DNA from: Diadema antillarum
Lineage: Eukaryota
Direction: 5' to 3'
Length of the DNA stretch: 64,000 bases
NCBI RefSeq assembly: GCF_040938485.1
Contig: NW_027271528.1
Span: 496,001-560,000, forward strand
Both the position numbers and the translations under genes were made by a program. Each line of letters starts with the position of its first letter. Position 1 is the first letter of the stretch. Positions 1-11,781 of this stretch are shown here, in pieces. Below the pieces are notes generated by a model. That model saw nothing but the letters and a program-made list of their open reading frames with translations. It made no database searches and was not told the DNA's origin.

Positions 1-563
1 GGGACTTGGTAAAGGGCATTGGTCGCTGGTGAAGGCCTTGCCGAACACCGCCCCTGTCCTTTGCGAATTGTCCGAAAGACAATACGCGGGGAAAATGATA
101 AAAGACGGCAATAACAATCCATTCATCTTGATGCGACTTTTCCTCTCTGGGAGCCTCCACATTATTGAAATGTCAGAACGGGCAAGGTATATGCAGCGGT
201 TTCGGGAGATGACGAAAAAACGCAGAGCTATGGGAGAGATTTCGTTAAAAGGGGACGGCTGAAGTGCATCACTATTAACATAAACTGCTTTTTTTTATTC
301 ATCTTTTAGTCCATCTAGTCCTCGGGAATTATACCGCAGAAATTCTCTCCACGTTATCATGACATTGGTAAACCTGAGCCTTGTTTCGTAAATAAATGAA
401 AATGAATAAGAAACCCACTTGGCTTGGCATATTTAAGGCGTTTGTAAAGCCGTGCGTAACTATACGAACAGCTTGATGAAACACGGCCATGGAGTTTTAT
501 AGCGTATCCTTTATTGGACACAAGCTCGAAGAAACTGGTTGAATTTATAAAATTTGCACCATC
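1..563 (-). CDS. Candidate internal exons (563-419 and 227-<1) of an unidentified gene running off the left edge
   Basis: ttttaag|GAT...CCA A|gtgggt (145 nt, phase 0-1), then ctctcccatag|CT...; the frame stays open for 48+75 codons with matching phase; no recognisable domain. Confidence 0.3.
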
Positions 564-1035
564 CTTAAAACATAGATAAACCAAAATTTGCTACTTTCAG
601 ACAAGCATTTTCTTTTATGTTCCTAAGTATAATTGCCAATTTGAAGATCAGTAATGGATTCATCAATTGATTGTGAGCGATATTACAGCTCCGTGAAAAT
701 GGGTACAGCTTCTCGAAACCCCATCACTTTCTTATCTCTCGTATGGTCCCAAACCATGCATATGCTCCCTTTGTGGGGTGGGAGCAAAGGGACTTTAAAC
801 AGACTTTAAACAATCTGTGTCAAATGCAAGAATTAATGTTCTATAGAAGGGGGAGAAGGGGGATGAAAAACTCGGCAAAGTTTTTAAACACAGGATGTCC
901 GTGTTCATTTGATATTGAGGTACGCTGATCGCAAGCTTCATGTTCAACGCTTTCAGCCATGACAGTTGAAAAAACAGCAGCTGGACATTACTGTCGTCTG
1001 CGGCGTAGGATCTCCTTGCCCTTAAATTGCATCTG

Positions 1036-1073
1036 GTTGCCATGGATACCTGACATTACCATGGTAACCTGAC
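1036..1073. promoter_or_regulatory. Tandem double RFX X-box
   Basis: GTTGCCATGGATAC (1036-1049) and ATTACCATGGTAAC (1055-1068) in a 19-bp tandem unit; a third site ACTGCCATGGTAAC lies at 1591-1604. Confidence 0.6.
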
Positions 1074-3749
1074 ATCGATAAGAGCGATGCCCAGGTCATC
1101 CCCAATGTGGGTCTCACGTATACAATTTCAGCAGTGGCCTCATCTATTATTCATTTTGACACTCACAGAAGGGAAGTCAACCACTTCAGTTTTATTTACT
1201 ATACCGCGCTCTCAATGTTACGAGGTTCGAGACGAATATATACAGCGGTATCTATTTTTCGCGTAAGTCCAAAGCAAATTCACAGAATGATAATCGAACG
1301 GGATGTTCGTCTCAGGTGGAGTGGAGGAGAGGGGTCGGGATGAGGTTGGCGAGGGGGCTGCTCGATGGACAGGCTACAAATAGACTGAGCAATTGATGAG
1401 AAAGATGTATTCTTTATTTGCGATAAAAACTACGCAAGGAAAATCCTAATCAGTGGCCCGTTTTTGTTTGTTTGTCTGGGTTTTTTTTTTTCATTTTCAA
1501 GAGGTTTGGAATGACTGCGAGCTGCTACTATCGATGACACAACCTAAAATGATTAATCACAAAAATTCACAATCACAACCAAACAGCAAGACTGCCATGG
1601 TAACTCCAATCAAAGCAGCTGACGCGAATAGCTGCAAACATATTTGCGAAATGAGCTCCTGGCAGCAAACGTATACTAACACTAATCATGGCATTCTACA
1701 CAAATAACGACGCAGACAGGATACGGATAGCATCACTTTGTGTTAAAATCATGAAAATCATGACTATAAAATTTTTTATTTACATCAACAGCAAGAGTCA
1801 TCAGATTCATAATGGAATTTACAACGACAATACATTCAGTATAAATTTGATAAAAATTGGACGGACATTTTGACATACTAACAAATAATGCTGATAGTAC
1901 AGGATTCATATCTAACTTTGATGGTAATAATAATAGCAAAAATGATATGGAAATGATAGCTTCTTATCATTAATGCCCACAAACATAAGACAGTAAGAAA
2001 ATACTACAAATTCGACTTCACTAACCATACTCTCCTAGAGCAACCTCTAGTTTCCATGTTAGCAGTCTGGATATTTGCTGTTGGTGACTCACAACATACG
2101 CTGTAGGTATCTTCCATGTATTACATGTCACATAAAAATATATAACAAATTTTACCCATTTCTTCCCCCACCCCTCCCCCCTTACGGCTCAGATTAGTAA
2201 CGCTATCAAACACCATACCGAAAACTTGTACACTCTAAGACGTCCACAAGACATTTCAGATGACAATAAAAAAATGTAAGCGTTACTAGTCACTCCACTC
2301 GTATTTCAACAAATATCACACAGATCACGCCATATACATTCTATCATACATTTACAACGCAGAAAAGCGGTACAGTGTACTATACTATGTACACACAATT
2401 ACAACATATACAAAATGTAAAAGAAAAGTGGCACAACACATGTTTAGAGGCAGACAATAACATGTGCATCATCAGTAAAAAACAAAAGTAGACTGACGAA
2501 AATTGATGGCGGCAACAAAAGCGAGCGTCTTTGCTTTGTCCCCTCACTCAATAAGACATAAATACCAGAAAGGCATCAATCCCGACCATCATCTAAAAAA
2601 TATTTCTGAACGACAAAGCTACGCCATCAAGTATACTTCACAATAAAAACCGTACAGGCTTGTTGAGTCTCTAACGCGAGTGAATTTTACGACAGATTGC
2701 AAAGACAAGCTCACAAAATTTACGCCTTCGTGACAGGTTGACTCAACGCCTTTCTCACTTGGTAACTTTGGCCGCTATCCGAGTCCTCCTTTTGCAAGTT
2801 TTTTCTATAATACGGCTCGTTCTGCTGCACACTTCCCGTGATACTGAACTATGCAGGCACTACACTGGCAATCAACAGAGCTGTGATAATAACTTCACTT
2901 TTCACAACATTCAATAGGAGACGCACAGCAGTACTGACAATACAAAGAAACATAAAGTATATGACATATATTATGACAGCGCCATAAAGTATATGACAAC
3001 AATAACGACCACGACCTTCAATATAATTTCAAAATTATTACACTGGATGATCGATTCATGCATTACAAAAGTCACGAACATAAATGAGACGAAATATTAC
3101 GGTATAACCGTCTCCTTAAAGTCATGAGCAATCATGAACAACAAAATATTGTCATTATGACTTCGATAAAACTCGTAAAATATCCACGTTGGGCAGTTTA
3201 CATGTCAAAACAGTCCCTTCAAAGTAAGATGAATGGTTATGGAAATGCTACCTTAGTAGTCTAAAAATACTGGATTTACGTGACGCATTCCTATCCTGCC
3301 AAGATAAAATTTGAGCACATCGATCTCAATGAGAGTGACAGGATCCTTATGATTATTTTTTTTCCACGCATACTGAATACTGATAACGATTGTTGATGGC
3401 CGAGACAAAAATTATAGAAACCAAGTAAACAATGAAAATGACAATGCTGTAGATGACCACTGTGATAACAATACAAAATAATAATGATAATCATAATAAG
3501 ATATATTGATAAATAATACATGTAATGATGATTACATAATCATCAATAAGAGGGATGGAGTACCCTTAATCTAAAATACCATTTAATATCATCACTTAAT
3601 ACAGAATTTAACATCAAGACATTCTTTGGTAACAAACACAATTTCTCGGTAAACAAATAATTCAGGAAGTAAGAGCTTATTCAAAACAATTTTGCAGCCC
3701 AACATGAAAGATGAAATTCACTTCAAAAATAAATAAACTTTAGACGGAA

Positions 3750-4335
3750 AAGAAACATAATATTATTCCCTACAGAACGATACCAAAAAATGACAAAAAT
3801 CAGATAAAAATAAGGAAGATGTGATATTATGAAATTTCACATTTTTTCACAAAACATTTCTTGACCAGTCCTTATGAACATTCAAATCAGCAAGTTGATT
3901 ATATTATGCTCTCATAATTTCTCATTCAATTCATATACATACAGAAATGAAAAAAAAAAAATCTCAAATTTCAGCAGTATAAATATGAAAAATTGTCTTA
4001 AAACCACACAAAACAAAAAAGAACAAATGTTAACTAAACATATCGTATGGGAACATGCTTTAACATGTATTTATAGCTAAAAATCACAATTTTTAACCAA
4101 ATTTCATGTATAACATATAAAAAAAAATTGTGAGAGTATGACATCATCAACTTGCTCAATAGTTTATTTATAAAGAATGGTCAATAAATGTTTTCCAAAA
4201 AATGGTGAAATTTCAAATTGTCATATCTTCCTTAATTCTTACCCAATTTTTCTCATTATCTGTATCATTCTGTAGGGAATATTTTCCTTTCTTTTTGAAT
4301 TTTCTTTACTTTGTTTGACAGATTTCTTCTTTAAA
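3750..4335. mobile_element. Old foldback (long inverted-repeat) non-autonomous element
   Basis: Inverted arms, e.g. tattccctacagaa 3764-3777 / ttctgtagggaata 4268-4281, with imperfect pairing continuing inward (taaggaagat / atcttcctta); ends approximate. Confidence 0.55.
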
Positions 4336-4914
4336 ATTATCAAACAATACTACACTGATCTGCGCGTTCATGTCAGTTGTTGTTACAAACATAATATCAA
4401 GATATGTGACTTTGTCCCTGAAGTAAGATTCAAAATAACATCAACATTTTAAGAATAAAAGAGTTATTAGTATTGAGGTATTAAAATGAATGATCAATTC
4501 TAAATACTTCTACTTAAAAATACTGCTAACTTGGAATGTATAGAAACTCAATCGGCAAGGGTTTCCGTTCCTGAAGGGAGCAAATGTGCATGTAGCACTA
4601 AAGGGGAAAAAAAAAAGAGACTTTAAATATTTGTTGATGCCTGTTTATTGAGGAGAAAGTAGTTAGTCGGTACAGGGTCACATTTATGTTTAGGTACAAA
4701 TTCTCAGCTTTACACTTCCGTGTAATCAAAGAGTGAAGCGCTGTAAAAAACAAGAAAAACACATGGCAGTGATTTGGTACAGAAACACCAGATGCGCATA
4801 CCTTCTATCTGTACCCTGTGATAGGATAAATGTAAACGCGTCTGACATATTGTCAAAATATGACGGGATCTTGTTTTGGTCGTGACTATTTTTTTTTATT
4901 TCACTCATGATGGT

Positions 4915-4915
4915 C

Positions 4916-4961
<46 letters not shown>

Positions 4962-4980
4962 GCAACACCAACAAACAACA
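4915..4980. repeat. (CAA)n microsatellite
   Basis: Trinucleotide run. Confidence 0.95.
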
Positions 4981-5747
4981 GGAAGCCAAACCACTGCTGC
5001 AGCTCTTTCTACATGATCAAATGCTGATAAGTTGGTACACCTCGTGAGGTTCAAAATCTTTAAGTACAGTGGAAAATTGGCACAATTATAACAATGCTTT
5101 GCCCACATGGCGTGACTATGAATTCATTGACACAAAATACAGACTACTCTATTTCACAGCTTTCCTCATCCGTTGCCTTTTTCATCAATACATGTACCAC
5201 TGTGTGGTTCCCGCTCCGGCTACTCAGTAACAACAGGAGAGGGCATACTTCCGCTCAGTCATTCAAGTGCTGTAATTGCTTCTTGGCAATGTAATGGTCA
5301 GCGTGGTATAAAGATATTGTTGACTTTTCCTATGAAAATAACCTGCACGAGCAGCGTTATATGCATGGAAATTTGTTCCGTCCAAGATAAAATATACTCT
5401 AACAGGTTTGCATGAAATGATTGTTTGCAATTTTATGCTAACTGCTTTCGCTTGTCTGTGGTTATGTAAGCAGCCTCAACGTTGGGTAAAAGAAGAGAAC
5501 ACTGCAGCAATCTACTGAGCTGTGGTAAATTCATTCACCTTCACTCTTCTTCTCCCCTTTGATAGTACCTCGCTCCATGGACAAAGACTGCCATGTTTAT
5601 TTATACATAATAATACACTGTCAGTAAATAGACTGGCCTGAAACATTCTAACATACTGTGTCCTTGATAATGATAAGAAAACAACAACAACAACAACGAA
5701 AAAAAAAAGCACAAAGCAAATCAAAATACAGTGTATAACAAAATTAA

Positions 5748-6050
5748 CAGAGACTCCAACCCCAAGCACCTTCTGATCTGGAGATTCTCCCGCCTGAAAC
5801 CCTTAGCAAACGGGAGACTCCAACTTGATGTGTGCGAAGCGCGAAATTCCCAGGGTTCTAGATGCTCTCTGGTGTTATCTAAGGCTTATTTTTTCAACGT
5901 ACGATAGAAATAAGTAAGAAATCCTTTCCAACGGGAGACAAAGAGCCAGGGCGGGAGAAATTAAATCTCAAACAGGAGAACGGGAGATTTTGCAAATATG
6001 GGTTTTCAGCGGGAGATCTCCCGTCGAAAACGGGAGAGTTGGAGTCTCTG
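5748..6050. mobile_element. MITE, 303 bp, TIR CAGAGACTCCAAC
   Basis: Perfect 13-bp TIRs 5748-5760 / 6038-6050; AATTAA on both flanks; repeated subterminal CGGGAGA motifs. Confidence 0.8.
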
Positions 6051-6869
6051 AATTAACTGATCAAGTTATTTGATCTACAGTGTTCTCAATAATGGAATTT
6101 GCTCTATAGACTTCTTTTCATACTGGAAGACATTGTCATGAGGTCAATCATGTAATTTGGCGTTCACCTTGGATTTCATCATATAGCAGAAATACAGTGC
6201 GACGACTTTAGATTGCCATGCAAACACATGTGATTGCATCAAAAACTCAATATCTGTGGACTCCCATGGTGATAAGGTAATTCTGTCATATACTTTGAGT
6301 GTCCATACAAACAAATCATACAAAAATGACTCACTATTTGCTCTCCAACACAAATCTCAAAACGATACCTTCAAGACAATAGTATCCTCCAGAATGAAGA
6401 GTTCTCCAATCAACATTTACAACAAGAAATTGTATGACTGAAATGAGCTACATGACATGAGTCAATTTCAGACTGTATTTTCCTCATCTCCACTAGCAAT
6501 ACAAACTTGACTGCAAGGCTGCTTTGGGACACAAAGCTGAATGTGAAGACAACAATTGCCAAATTGGCAACACATTCACACAAGAATGTCAAGAATGTGT
6601 TGATGTTGACCATGAATTCAAACTTTGAGTGACACAATAGAATACCAAAGGGATGACATCACAGTCTTTTGTTATAGTTTGGGTTAAAACCAGGTGCAAG
6701 CATGATTAGAAACAATAGTGTTTACAGACTGGGCCAGGTGAGGTTGTTTACAACCAGTTTCCATGGTGATGAATGGCTATGACATTACACTCTGGCATTC
6801 TTTGGGCAGCATCAATGCTTTGATGAGGACACATATCCTTCTTTTATACCCCTTTCAGTAACCCTCTTG

Positions 6870-7295
6870 GCTCGGACCAGGAGCGGACCAAGTCAAAATT
6901 TTTTTAGTTTATGAATGGGTGGGGGCCAAAGTGGCCCGCGCCAGGTGCGGACTATTTTGAAGCTGCTGCAGCTAGCACCAGGCGCGGGCCTGGCGCTGAT
7001 CGAAGAGTTTATGAACGATAGCAGCGCCAGGCGCGGGTCAAAATTCCTTTCACGGTCAAAGGTCACAGCTTACGCTGCTCAGCTCATAAGCGCGCGGCAC
7101 GCACATCAAATATCGTGTGAAAATGCACTTCCGCTCTATCCACGAGGCGTTCAGTTACCATGGCAGTTATCCCTTAATTGACCAAGTTTATGAATGGGTC
7201 ATCGTAAAAGTAACGCGCCTCTGCTATAGTTACTGAACGCAATTTTTGATGCTTGGCGCGGGTTAATTTAGCTCGGACCAGCAGCGGGCCAAAAA
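6870..7295. repeat. GC-rich repeat/transposon fragment with internal direct repeats
   Basis: gctcggaccag at 6870 and 7271; gtttatgaatgggt at 6907 and 7186; ggcgcggg repeated; CpG-rich island within CpG-poor DNA. Confidence 0.55.
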
Positions 7296-7475
7296 TACAT
7301 GAGTTACTGAAAACAGAATCAGATAATGTATTCTGCTTTTTCTTCTTCTTTGGTCCCTCCTCCTCTTATTCTTCTCTTTTTTTCCATTCTTCTTTTTGCA
7401 CAATTTTCCCCCCTTGTTCAACCACGTCTGAGTCCATCAAAGAAATCTGTTTTTCTCCTTCAGTTTTATGTTTAA

Positions 7476-7559
7476 CCCGTTGAGGATGGGCAGATTTTGT
7501 TACAACACGCACTTCCCATAGACACTTGCCCCAGTATACTCGGGAATCATCCCAACGGG
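7476..7559. mobile_element. piggyBac-type mini-MITE copy 1 (84 bp)
   Basis: TTAA|CCCGTTG...CAACGGG|TTAA; homologous copies at 15543 and 15844. Confidence 0.85.
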
Positions 7560-8472
7560 TTAAAGGGAAACAAACCCAATCCGGTAATACAAGCAATAAC
7601 AAGAATACTACCGTTATGATAGCATCATCAATTGATTTCCAGTTTCTAAGGAGGGCAAAATTGGATCCCACGCCAGTAAACACTGCTGAGATTCTGAACA
7701 AGCACCAACTAGGGAAAGATGATGCGGCAGAGATTGTCATGAATGAAACGATCCAAAATTTGAGGGGTGGAGATGGTATGGTAACACTGTACTCATTCCC
7801 TGTTTGAAGAAGTATTGCATGAACAAACCCTGTTTGCTTCAATTCAAAATGATTGACAAAACAACAACAAACCAGATAGGTCCGCTTGCATCATGCACAT
7901 TTGCAGTAATGCACTCAACTTGCATAACACAATGATGGTGGCATCAGTAACTTAACTGCAAATAAATCTCCTCTCTTGTGAGTAAATTGCTCACTTTGGG
8001 TGTGTTCGAGCACTCAAAAGGGAATCAAAGCGAATTGAACCAAAGTGTACCAAACCAGACCCTTAGACTACGGTCAAAACATGAAAGAACTTTTAAGTCT
8101 ACAGATGTTTGTTGATTTGTATAACCCCAGTCTAAATCATATTTCATGTTCTATCCTCCTTGACAACTATTCCCAGGTCATTTTAACCACCAATTTCCCC
8201 TTTTCGAAACACAGAATATCAAAGCTCTCAATCGCATGTTAACTGGCCTTACACGTGTACACAATGGAAAAGAAAAGAAACCCAAAACTCTGAACTCACA
8301 CTTGTGTACCATTTCGTAGAGACAGAAGAGAGTGCTAACAGAGACTATCACACCACACACAGGTCTGAACACACAGCACTGAATGAAGGACCATTAACTC
8401 CATGACATCTTCTTGGCAATACCTAAAGCATTTTTGCTGCTCTATAGCGCTGTGTTCACACTTCAAATTCAG

Positions 8473-8622
8473 GGGCCTGTTTCATAAAGCTTGTTATCAC
8501 TGACAACTGCCACATTTCTATGACAAATTTGCTCTCAGCCAATCAGATGCACGGATTTCAGTACGTAGCTTGTCACAACTATAACAACTTGTCTCTGATA
8601 ACAAGTTTTATGAAACGGGGCC
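8473..8622. mobile_element. Harbinger/PIF-like MITE (150 bp)
   Basis: TIR gggcctgtttcataaagcttgttatca / tgataacaagttttatgaaacggggcc; CAG on both flanks; the internal segment matches the 56791-56930 element in reverse. Confidence 0.8.
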
Positions 8623-8897
8623 CAGGAGGTACTAGTGGCAGATCTAAACACACCTCAGCTCTCGACTCTGTAGAATCCCCATCGGCGGGCTGAAGGCGGG
8701 CTGAAGCAGTCATACAGACGCACATCACTGTGATGGCGGATTACGGAAAGCGAGGGTTAGAGTGGCGGGTTAATGGCAAGAGATGTCTCTTGTGTCCTTC
8801 TCTGACCCTCTTGACCAACCCTCTACCATGCTGCCCATGTGACAGAGAAGATTGAGATGGACATGGGGACTGACTGGTCACTATTCCTCGTGGGAGG

Positions 8898-8963
8898 TCA
8901 TTTCTTTGGTAGGTAGTTTGTCTTGAAGCCCTTGTCCTGTGCAAACTGCTTCATGATGGTGTC
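8898..8963 (-). CDS. Coiled-coil gene terminal coding exon (DTIMKQFAQDKGFKTNYLPKK*)
   Basis: tttttgtgtgctatccacag acceptor; phase 0 continues the helix ...QLSQQ-DTIMKQ; TGA at 8900-8898. The 7.4-kb upstream intron makes this exon less certain than exons 1-6. Confidence 0.75.
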   Translation of the reverse strand, partial: DTIMKQFAQDKGFKTNYLPKK

Positions 8964-11745
8964 CTGTGGATAGCACACAAAAACAAAAACCATAGAAAGA
9001 TTTAACAACATCAACAAAAGTCATTATAATCACCACTACAACTTACCAAGCAAAGTTGACATACTACAAACGAATGATGCATAATAAATATCAACACAAA
9101 AATTACAATCAATGCATTGAGCTACATGTAAGAACAGTCTTTGTGCATTTCTTGAAGGTGCTACAGAAGAAAAAAAGAAATAGGGAAAAAATAAAAAAAA
9201 TAAAAAAAGAGACGCCATTAAGTATCTACCCCCCCCCCCCCCCACCCCCATGAGATGCACATGGAACAAACTAATGGTAGAAGTTACTCTATTATATTTA
9301 GAGTTTAACTGATTAAGATGTTCAATGCAAATGCAATTTAAAACATTTGGTAAGTCGTCTGTATTAGAGCTTCCATCACTCAGAGGACCAGGGGCCAATT
9401 TCACAAAACTGCTCGCAACAATTGTTAATTGCAGTAACCTGCAGTTGCTGGCAGTGACAATCTCTACACCCTATACCCCTTACAACTAATTGGCCCTTTC
9501 CTAGCTGCTGCCTTAGTAATTATGTACAATCATTGCAACTTGACAATAACTGCATCTTTATCTTTCAACGAAACAGGCCCTGTGGCGTTCTAATACAACT
9601 GACATTATTTCTCTGATATTTCAAATACGTAGAGATACTGTATTCAATATTCTAAAACAACTTTGCATTCCCATTGATGATTTAATTGCTCTTCCTTCTT
9701 TAAATTTTTAACCAAACAAAACAATTACCAAACAACACTGCCTCTAAGCATCACTGCATATTACAGCAGTAATACTGGATGATATAGCCTTCTATATCTT
9801 GTCTTTTACTTTGCATTCCTGGAATTAAAAGCAATTTCTCAAAGGGAACCATATACAATTTTCATTCACTTCAGATAAAGTACTGTAAACTACCGTTAGT
9901 GCACCAGTTTTCGACAGGACCCAGATTTCGACATCCAGCAGATAATTCTTAGTGAATTTTATACTCAAAACAAATGTCTGACTTCAACAATCAACCAAGT
10001 TATCAATCACATTTCTAGTCTTATATAAACACCGTTTGTCACTTGTCATCATAATCCGACGGTAGAATATTTAGGAGTGTCAGCAGAAATATTGATGTCA
10101 GCTATTTTTAGGAGTTCAAAACAATATGACGCATTTTGTATACATCGCCGTAAAATGAAATTCATCCATGCCAGTTATCTTACTTTATTATCAGTTTGTT
10201 TGCCAAATCCTGATGTTTGATTTCATAATCGTCTTTCGTAATTTCATGGCTGAATTCATGATAAATGAGCAAACTTGTAGAAAGAGTTGGCTTTGAGAAT
10301 GTGGCACCAGATTTCGACATTCCCATATTAAGACACGTTATAGAGGAAACAACAAGTTCTTGCACTGGTATGATTGCTGGTTTGTGTCCACAATGCAGTG
10401 TATGCGTACTGTACGCGCCATGTGATTTATGTGTGATGCGCGCTGTGATTGTGTCGAAAAACGATGCTGAGTGTCGAAATCTGATGCCAGCGACGGCGTG
10501 ACGGAAATCGCTTAAAAATTGAACACCAGTGCATTCAAATGGGAATTTGTTCAAGGCATATTATTATTGACCTTAGTAGCTCAACTTCATATCGAAATTC
10601 TGAGGTAAAATGGTGCAGTATTGATAGTAAACAAGGAAATGTGCTAAAGTGTCGAAAACCAGTACCCTAACTGTAGATATCTAGTACATGTACAGCAGAA
10701 TGTACTGTTACATTAACAAACATCCTTTGATATCTATAACTTTGTAATCTCAAGTGTGTGGATACCCCAAAAGAAATATCATCTTGCGCTACCACCGTTT
10801 GAATGAAATTTCAGTAATATTTCATGCACAAAAGATACAGAACAAGATAAAAAGAGAACAAAACATCAGAATGATCAAAGGGAACAAGCATGAAAAAATG
10901 ATCACCTAAAAATGTTACCATATTACATGATCTATAAACACTCATGCAGCGCTAAGTCATTTTGCTTTTAATTTGCTCAACATTTTACAGACTGATGTGA
11001 CATTTAATATTCATTCCCTCTTTTCATTCAAACTGAATTGCATTCACCATGTCTCCCCATTCAAACATGGGGGATTTTCTTAGCACTCTGTGAGAATGGC
11101 ATGCCGACAATTTGGAGGACTAAGAGTGAAATTCATCCATCCCCCGTAACTCTATCTGCAAACAGCGAGAGTGCATTTGATCCGAGTGGAAATGTGTTCA
11201 AAGCACACACAGGGTGTAAACTGAATGTTTGCCAGAAAGATTTGCAAAGCTATGCTCACAAGATTCGTGCCTAACTCCAGTTTGAATTACTCCCACATAA
11301 TGTGGAGGTTTCTGAATAGCTCACTATATAGTTTGAAGTAATATGTGTATTGATAGGTTATTGGATCCCCATAGTAATAGGAGAGAAAAATCCCTCCACA
11401 TGTCTTGCGCAATCCCAACATAACATTCCCCAAAATAAAGACATGTATTAGTTACAAATCGTAAGCTTATTGGTGTACAACACAATGTGGTTGGATGCAT
11501 GATATTATGGAGCCATATTAAATTCATGTGTAAAGCCAGGAATACCACCCGTTGCAAATTTGAAATGTTACGACTTTGCATCTTATTCATGTGACTTCAA
11601 TCTTTCTTCTCTTGTTATTGTTTTTTACAGGTAATTGCAATGCAATTATCTCATACAAGACAGGGCAGGTTTATCAAATACAACGCTGTATACTTAGATA
11701 CTAAAAAAGGCATTTGATGTTTTCAAGTTGTACAGTTTGTTTTCT

Positions 11746-11781
<36 letters not shown>

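Noticed and set aside
29-262. 77-aa plus-strand ORF at the left edge
   Set aside because: No splice or family support; it competes with the minus-strand exon model and cannot be resolved without upstream sequence.
7366-7842. 158-aa and 93-aa overlapping ORFs
   Set aside because: They run through an 84-bp MITE and low-complexity DNA in the probable 3'UTR.
10180-10554. Cys-rich 78-aa and 124-aa ORFs
   Set aside because: They are internal to a non-autonomous transposon, with no transposase motifs.
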